Under the pieces are notes generated by a model. The model was not told the DNA's origin. It saw only the letters and a list, made by a program, of their open reading frames with translations, and did no database searches. Positions 47,809 through 53,039 of a DNA stretch of 53,039 bases are shown here, in pieces. This stretch comes from Girardia tigrina (Eukaryota): positions 1-53,039 of the forward strand of contig MQRK01219226.1 in assembly GCA_001938485.1 (NCBI GenBank). The letters are read 5' to 3'. The first letter of the stretch is position 1. Each line of letters begins with the position of its first letter. A program made the position numbers and the translations under genes.

Positions 47809-48685
47809 TTTTATTTTTTCATTTTAAAAAAAATAATTGAGGAAACATAAAATATTCAAATTAATTTTCTGATAATAGATTGGATAAAATATTTTCTGCA
47901 AAAATTAATGAAAAGAATCAAATTTTGTGTAAGATTTACAAATGACATTATTTAAAAAAAATTAATTGTAGTTTTTTACAAAACTAATAATGTAAAACAT
48001 ATTTTGAGTCTCGTGAACGCTAATTTGATATTTTTCAAAATAACTTTATTAAAACTTGATTTTGACAATGGTTATTGTACATGTTTTGTTATTCATCAAT
48101 TGCAGGAAATAACAAAACATGTTTAATAACCACTTTCAAGATCAATCTGTAACTAAATTATGAACTTTTTGCTTTAAAATTTATTGAAGATAGAGACAAA
48201 TTCTTTATAATTTGTGCCTCTATGTTTAATTTTAAAACTAACTTCAGAACTTTTAATTTTGGCTAATAATTAATATCCTAAAATTTAAAGTTTAATAATA
48301 CTTCTTTGATAATTAAAAAGGAATTTGATTGGACAAATTCCTAACAAATCATTATTCTATTCATTTAACGCATGCCGGACTCATTTGAGGACACTTAGTA
48401 AAGTAAACAGACTCCCACACAAACGCATTGAACAAGAATTAGTTTCGATAGTGTACGTCAATGTTTTCGATCGGCTTAAAATTTTATAAAATTAATAACT
48501 TTAAACTATTTAATGATAAAATTTTTTTTTAATTTAGATTATTTTAACCAAAAATTATTTGAAAAAATAATCCTTTATTTTTTGAATTATTATTTTTATT
48601 TAAATTATAATTTGGTTCGTTTTTAACAGCCCAAATTTATATAGGAAACAATTAAAAAATTCCCAAAAAGCTTTATATTCTAAAT

Positions 48686-48982
48686 CAGTGTCGGGCAACC
48701 TTTTTCGAGTTGCGGCGCACTAAGCTTAAAATATTTTTCACGGTGCACCTGTGAGACTCACTATAAATTTACTCGTAAGTAATTACAATACAGAAATAGA
48801 TACTATTAAAAATTTTTAACATGTAACAGATTTATTATTTTTAAATATTAAATTTACATAATAAATACGAACATTGCGATTGTTTTTGAGAACAAGTTTA
48901 ATAACTTTAAAGATTTTAAATATTTTACAAAAATGTTTGTAGCGCCCCCAGAATTTTTCGCGGCGCACCGGTTGTCCGACAC
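48686..48982. mobile_element. hAT MITE
   Basis: TIR CAGTGTCGGGCAACC / GGTTGTCCGACAC; 8-bp TSD TTCTAAAT on both sides. Confidence 0.85.
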
Positions 48983-50125
48983 TTCTAAATAAATTTAAAG
49001 ATTTGTAAAAAAAAGATTTTGTAGATAAAATAACTATAAAATTTTTAATTTTTTAAGAAATAATGTTCACAGAATTAGTCTCTTGATTTAAATTAAAATC
49101 TTATTTATTAAATACACCCATCCTCCACTTTACTTGGTACTTTTTACAAGCGTTTTTACACTTTTGAATGAAAAAAACGAGAATATAACATTAAACTTTA
49201 ACTTCTAATCTATGAAAAATTTAATTACAAGATAATATCAAGGGTTACGAGTATAACACTAAAGAGTAAATTAATAATATTTTACAATAAATACATATAT
49301 ATAACTAAATGAAAAATTTTCAATTTAATTTAAAAATTTCTGAAATCAAAATAAAAAGATTATGTATTTAATATGAAGAAAAACTCAATTTATTATGCAA
49401 AATAGACTCCAAATGTAAACTTTTTATTCATAGTTATTACGTCTTTCCGGGGACAAACCGAATTGCAAACATATATTTTTAAACATTTTTCATATTAAAT
49501 GCGAAAATTTTAGTATTAATTTCATAATTATATTAAAAAAAATTTTTTAAAAATTTCCGAGATCGTAAATTCGGTCAGTAGATAAATTTGACATTATATA
49601 TATTAATTTTTAAAATTTAATATTTTTATTGGGGGTTCTTAAAATTATCATAATTATATTTAAAAAATTAATTAATTTCAGTTTAATACTTAAAAGTTTT
49701 AAACGAAAATCCAAATTTTACCTTTTATTAAAAAAATAATTTCAAATTAAATATTATATTTAAAAACAAAATGGTCCCCTCGGTCGTCATTGACCAAGAC
49801 ATCAATTCGAAATGTTTGTGAAAATCGTAAAAAAACTTTTTTTTGTAATTGTAAAAGTATTCAAAGAATTAAAAAAATAATTAAATATAGGTTTAGCTCA
49901 AAAGTTTCTGTCGATGAATAAGGCTTTCTAAAATTAGTTCTATGCATTCTGGGTTAATGAAATTTTTACCATGTACTCTTCAGTAGTTTTTTTTAACAAT
50001 ATATGTTAAAATTTTCACAATTTGAACAGAACTTTCATTATAAATACTTAATTTACATGAAATTAAACATTATTTTAATCTATTATGAATGTTTTTCTTT
50101 TTTCTAGTGAGTTTTCGTACTGAAA

Positions 50126-50410
50126 ATGCAGTTTTCTCGAGAAGATATTAGAAAAATCATTTATTACAACTGGAAGAGAGGACTGTCAACTGCCAATAAT
50201 CATAAAGAAATCAACTGCATCCTTAATGAAGGCACAGTTGGCCTCAGAACATGCTCCGACTGGGTAGCAAAATTCAATAGTGGAAACTTTGTATGAGAGG
50301 ATGAGCCACACAGTGGACGGCCGTCATACAATTTGGAAGAGGATGGCATCAACAAATTATCGGGAAGGTGGCAACGATGCATTGAGCATGATGGTTAATA
50401 TTTTGAAAAC
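50126..50410 (+). mobile_element. Internally deleted mariner remnant
   Basis: IRKIIYYNWKRG..WVAKFNSG..EDEPHSGRP fused to the C-terminal GINKLSGRWQRCIEHDG.YF. Confidence 0.8.
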
Positions 50411-52008
50411 TTATGAGACATTGATGATTAAATACTGATGATTAAATACCATTTTTGGAAGCAGTCCTGACCAAAAACAAAGAGTTTCCAGATATCGATT
50501 AAACAAGGGATTGCAGTGTGTGACACGACGGAACGCCGAAATTCACTCAATTCCGAATGCGCGGTTCCAGCCATACTTCAAAAAGTACAAAATCGATGAA
50601 TTTGTATTATGCATGTATTACTTTCTGTTAGCAGACGTATTATAAATTTCGAAAACATATTAAACTATAATATAGAAAAAATGGAATTATTCTTTATCAT
50701 GATTAAATGTTATTTCTGAATGTTTCTTAAAAATCTCAACATTTTTGGTGATGTAATTCAAATGTGTTGAAATTAACAATGTGATGAAATTTTATGTGAT
50801 GAATGTTTTTTGTATTTCTTTCTATTTTTGTATAACTAAAGTAATTCATTTAAATTGATAAAAAAATATCAACGAAAATGATACAAAATTTTATACAAAT
50901 TTGCAATTTAATAATAAATGTAACTTTTTCTAAAATTTTTAACAATGACATTTCTATCTTTATGGTTAATATTGATGAAAAGAGGAGATATCCTTCATTA
51001 TTAAATAATTTTCAACAAGTTATTTCTTGGTGTATCTTAAAATTTAAAGATTTTTGTGATGTGATGTGAATTTGTTGAAATTAACAATGTTGAGCTGTGT
51101 CATTTAATGATTTTTGTATTTGTATATTCCTTTTTTAATTTATTATTATTTAAAATGTAACAATGACATTTGTAAAATTTGTTGTTAGTTTTTTATTAAT
51201 TTCCTAGCTCTTGACATTTAAAGTAAATCAAAAATTATATGAAAAGTATTAAATATATGTGCAAGTAATTATGTGCATTGAATGTTTAATATCGGCGTGG
51301 TGAAATAACGGTGTGAGGAGATGTCATGTGTTGAGATTTCATGCCATTATATATATACATTAAAAAAAATTTTTTCACGATTTGTTTCGGGGAATTTAAT
51401 ACCATCTTCAGGCAAAATTTTAAATGATTGTAATATCTCTATTGTGATTACGCAATCAGATTATGTTACAGGTAATTAATTTCTTTCGAAAAAGTTTAAG
51501 AGACTTTTTTAAATTAATGGATTAAGATTTAATGGCCAACTTCACTCTCCACCGCTCCGAACAACATCGATCACCGTGTACCTGGCGAAATTCTTCGGAG
51601 ACCCGCTGTAGATCGGTTGCAGTACCGGCACATGCTGACACACCGACCGATCACGTTCACAGCGACGATTTCCTGTATATTAAAGAGGTTTGGTTTCCAC
51701 AGCTCGACCCAATGGCCAGCTCCTCAGTATTATTTTATTATCTGTCGATTAATTGACTCTCGATATAAAATACCAAAAGATCGGATAATTTTAAAAGTAT
51801 CAGTCTTTCTGCAACGCCAGTACTACCGAGTATTTATATATGTTTTAATTATCTACGGAATAATTACAGTTGGTTAATAAAACGATTATCGAAATTAATT
51901 ATAAAGCAATTAACAAAATTTTAAAACTAATTTCGAATATTAATAAAATATATTTTGGTTTTATTAAAAAATAACTTTGATTCGATAATAAAATAAAATT
52001 AATAAAAA

Positions 52009-52053
<45 letters not shown>

Positions 52054-52119
52054 NNNNNNNNNNNNNNNNNNNNNNNNNNNNNNNNNNNNNNNNNNNNNNN
52101 NNNTATATATATATATATA

Positions 52120-52561
52120 CGTCTACCCCAAAATCCCGACAGGCCAAATCCCGACAACCTAAATTACCGACAAAATTTTATCGAGTATTTGATTGAAAAT
52201 TTTTTGAAAGTCTGTTTAAAATTTGTTGTCATTTAGTTGATGTTTCATTTGTTGTCGAAAAAATGGTTTTTTCAAACTTTTGGTGAAAATCCGTTTTTTT
52301 GTCTGTAGGGAAAAACGGTTCACGAATCTTAACGGTCTAAAATCTCAACTAATTATTGATGTATAATTATATTTATTTATTTATTGTTTATTGCTATTAT
52401 TTGTGGTTTAGCTGAAGAATAAGATAAAAAAAGTAAAATAATTTTAATTATACACAAATAATTAATATTATAATTTATACGATATCTATAAACATTTTTT
52501 TATTTTTAGGTTTGTGGGATTCATTTGGAATTTTTGTCTGTCGGGATTTTGACCCGCTCCC
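52120..52561. mobile_element. MITE (Mutator-like TIRs with CCCGACA repeats)
   Basis: CAAAATCCCGACAGGCCAAATCCCGACAA ... TGTCTGTCGGGATTTTGACCCGCTCCC. Confidence 0.6.
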
Positions 52562-53039
52562 AATAAAACACATTAAGTTGTATTTTTCGAGTGAGCTTTG
52601 CATCTTTTTCATCAAAATCTCCTCAATACATATGTCAAAAGTATGATTCCTTGAATATTGGAAAGATAAATCATCACTTTCACACTATAATTGCCGAGGA
52701 CACTCAATTGAGTAGAAATAGGTCTGTTGATGACCATATAATAGAATGCCTGGGAATATTTAGCTTGAATAAAAATTATGATTATGAGTTTGAAATTTTC
52801 TTGTAAAACTTCGATACACATTATTAAAGGATAACGCAGAAGCATTAAACTTTAAGTATATTAAAAAGTATATTAAAAGTATATATTAGGTGTACAAGTA
52901 TGAAATGCGGATTAAATTTCGAAAAGAAATACGTTAAAAACAAAAGAACGATAAAAAAGCTTTATTCAAAATATGCTCCATTACTAATGATACATTTGTC
53001 CCATCTATATCTCAAATTGTGGATACCTCGCCAGTAAAA

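Overview
Very AT-rich eukaryotic (metazoan) genomic scaffold with assembly gaps; no prokaryotic features. The main host gene is a minus-strand bestrophin (Ca2+-activated Cl- channel). I reconstructed it by hand from 8 in-phase GT-AG exons (ATG 40043 to about 25574), with probably 2-3 more C-terminal exons down to about 12.4 kb. Its introns are either about 44-57 nt or several kb and packed with transposon debris. An intronless 507-aa ORF (46285-47808, minus) encodes an apparent tandem duplication of a [RING finger + helical domain] unit. Mobile DNA includes: a Maverick/Polinton terminus at the window start carrying tandem RFX X-box-like palindromes; a Maverick relic (capsid C-terminus, an intact adenain-like protease split by a 38-nt spliceosomal intron, and a second spliced ORF) inside a probable bestrophin intron; a complete small non-autonomous LTR element with TSD, PBS and PPT; Penelope-like elements with minimal hammerhead-ribozyme motifs; Ty3/gypsy, pogo, mariner/Tc1, D37E, hAT and Chapaev remnants; Helitron/HINE elements and MITEs. 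All family assignments come from motif recognition by eye, not from database searches.
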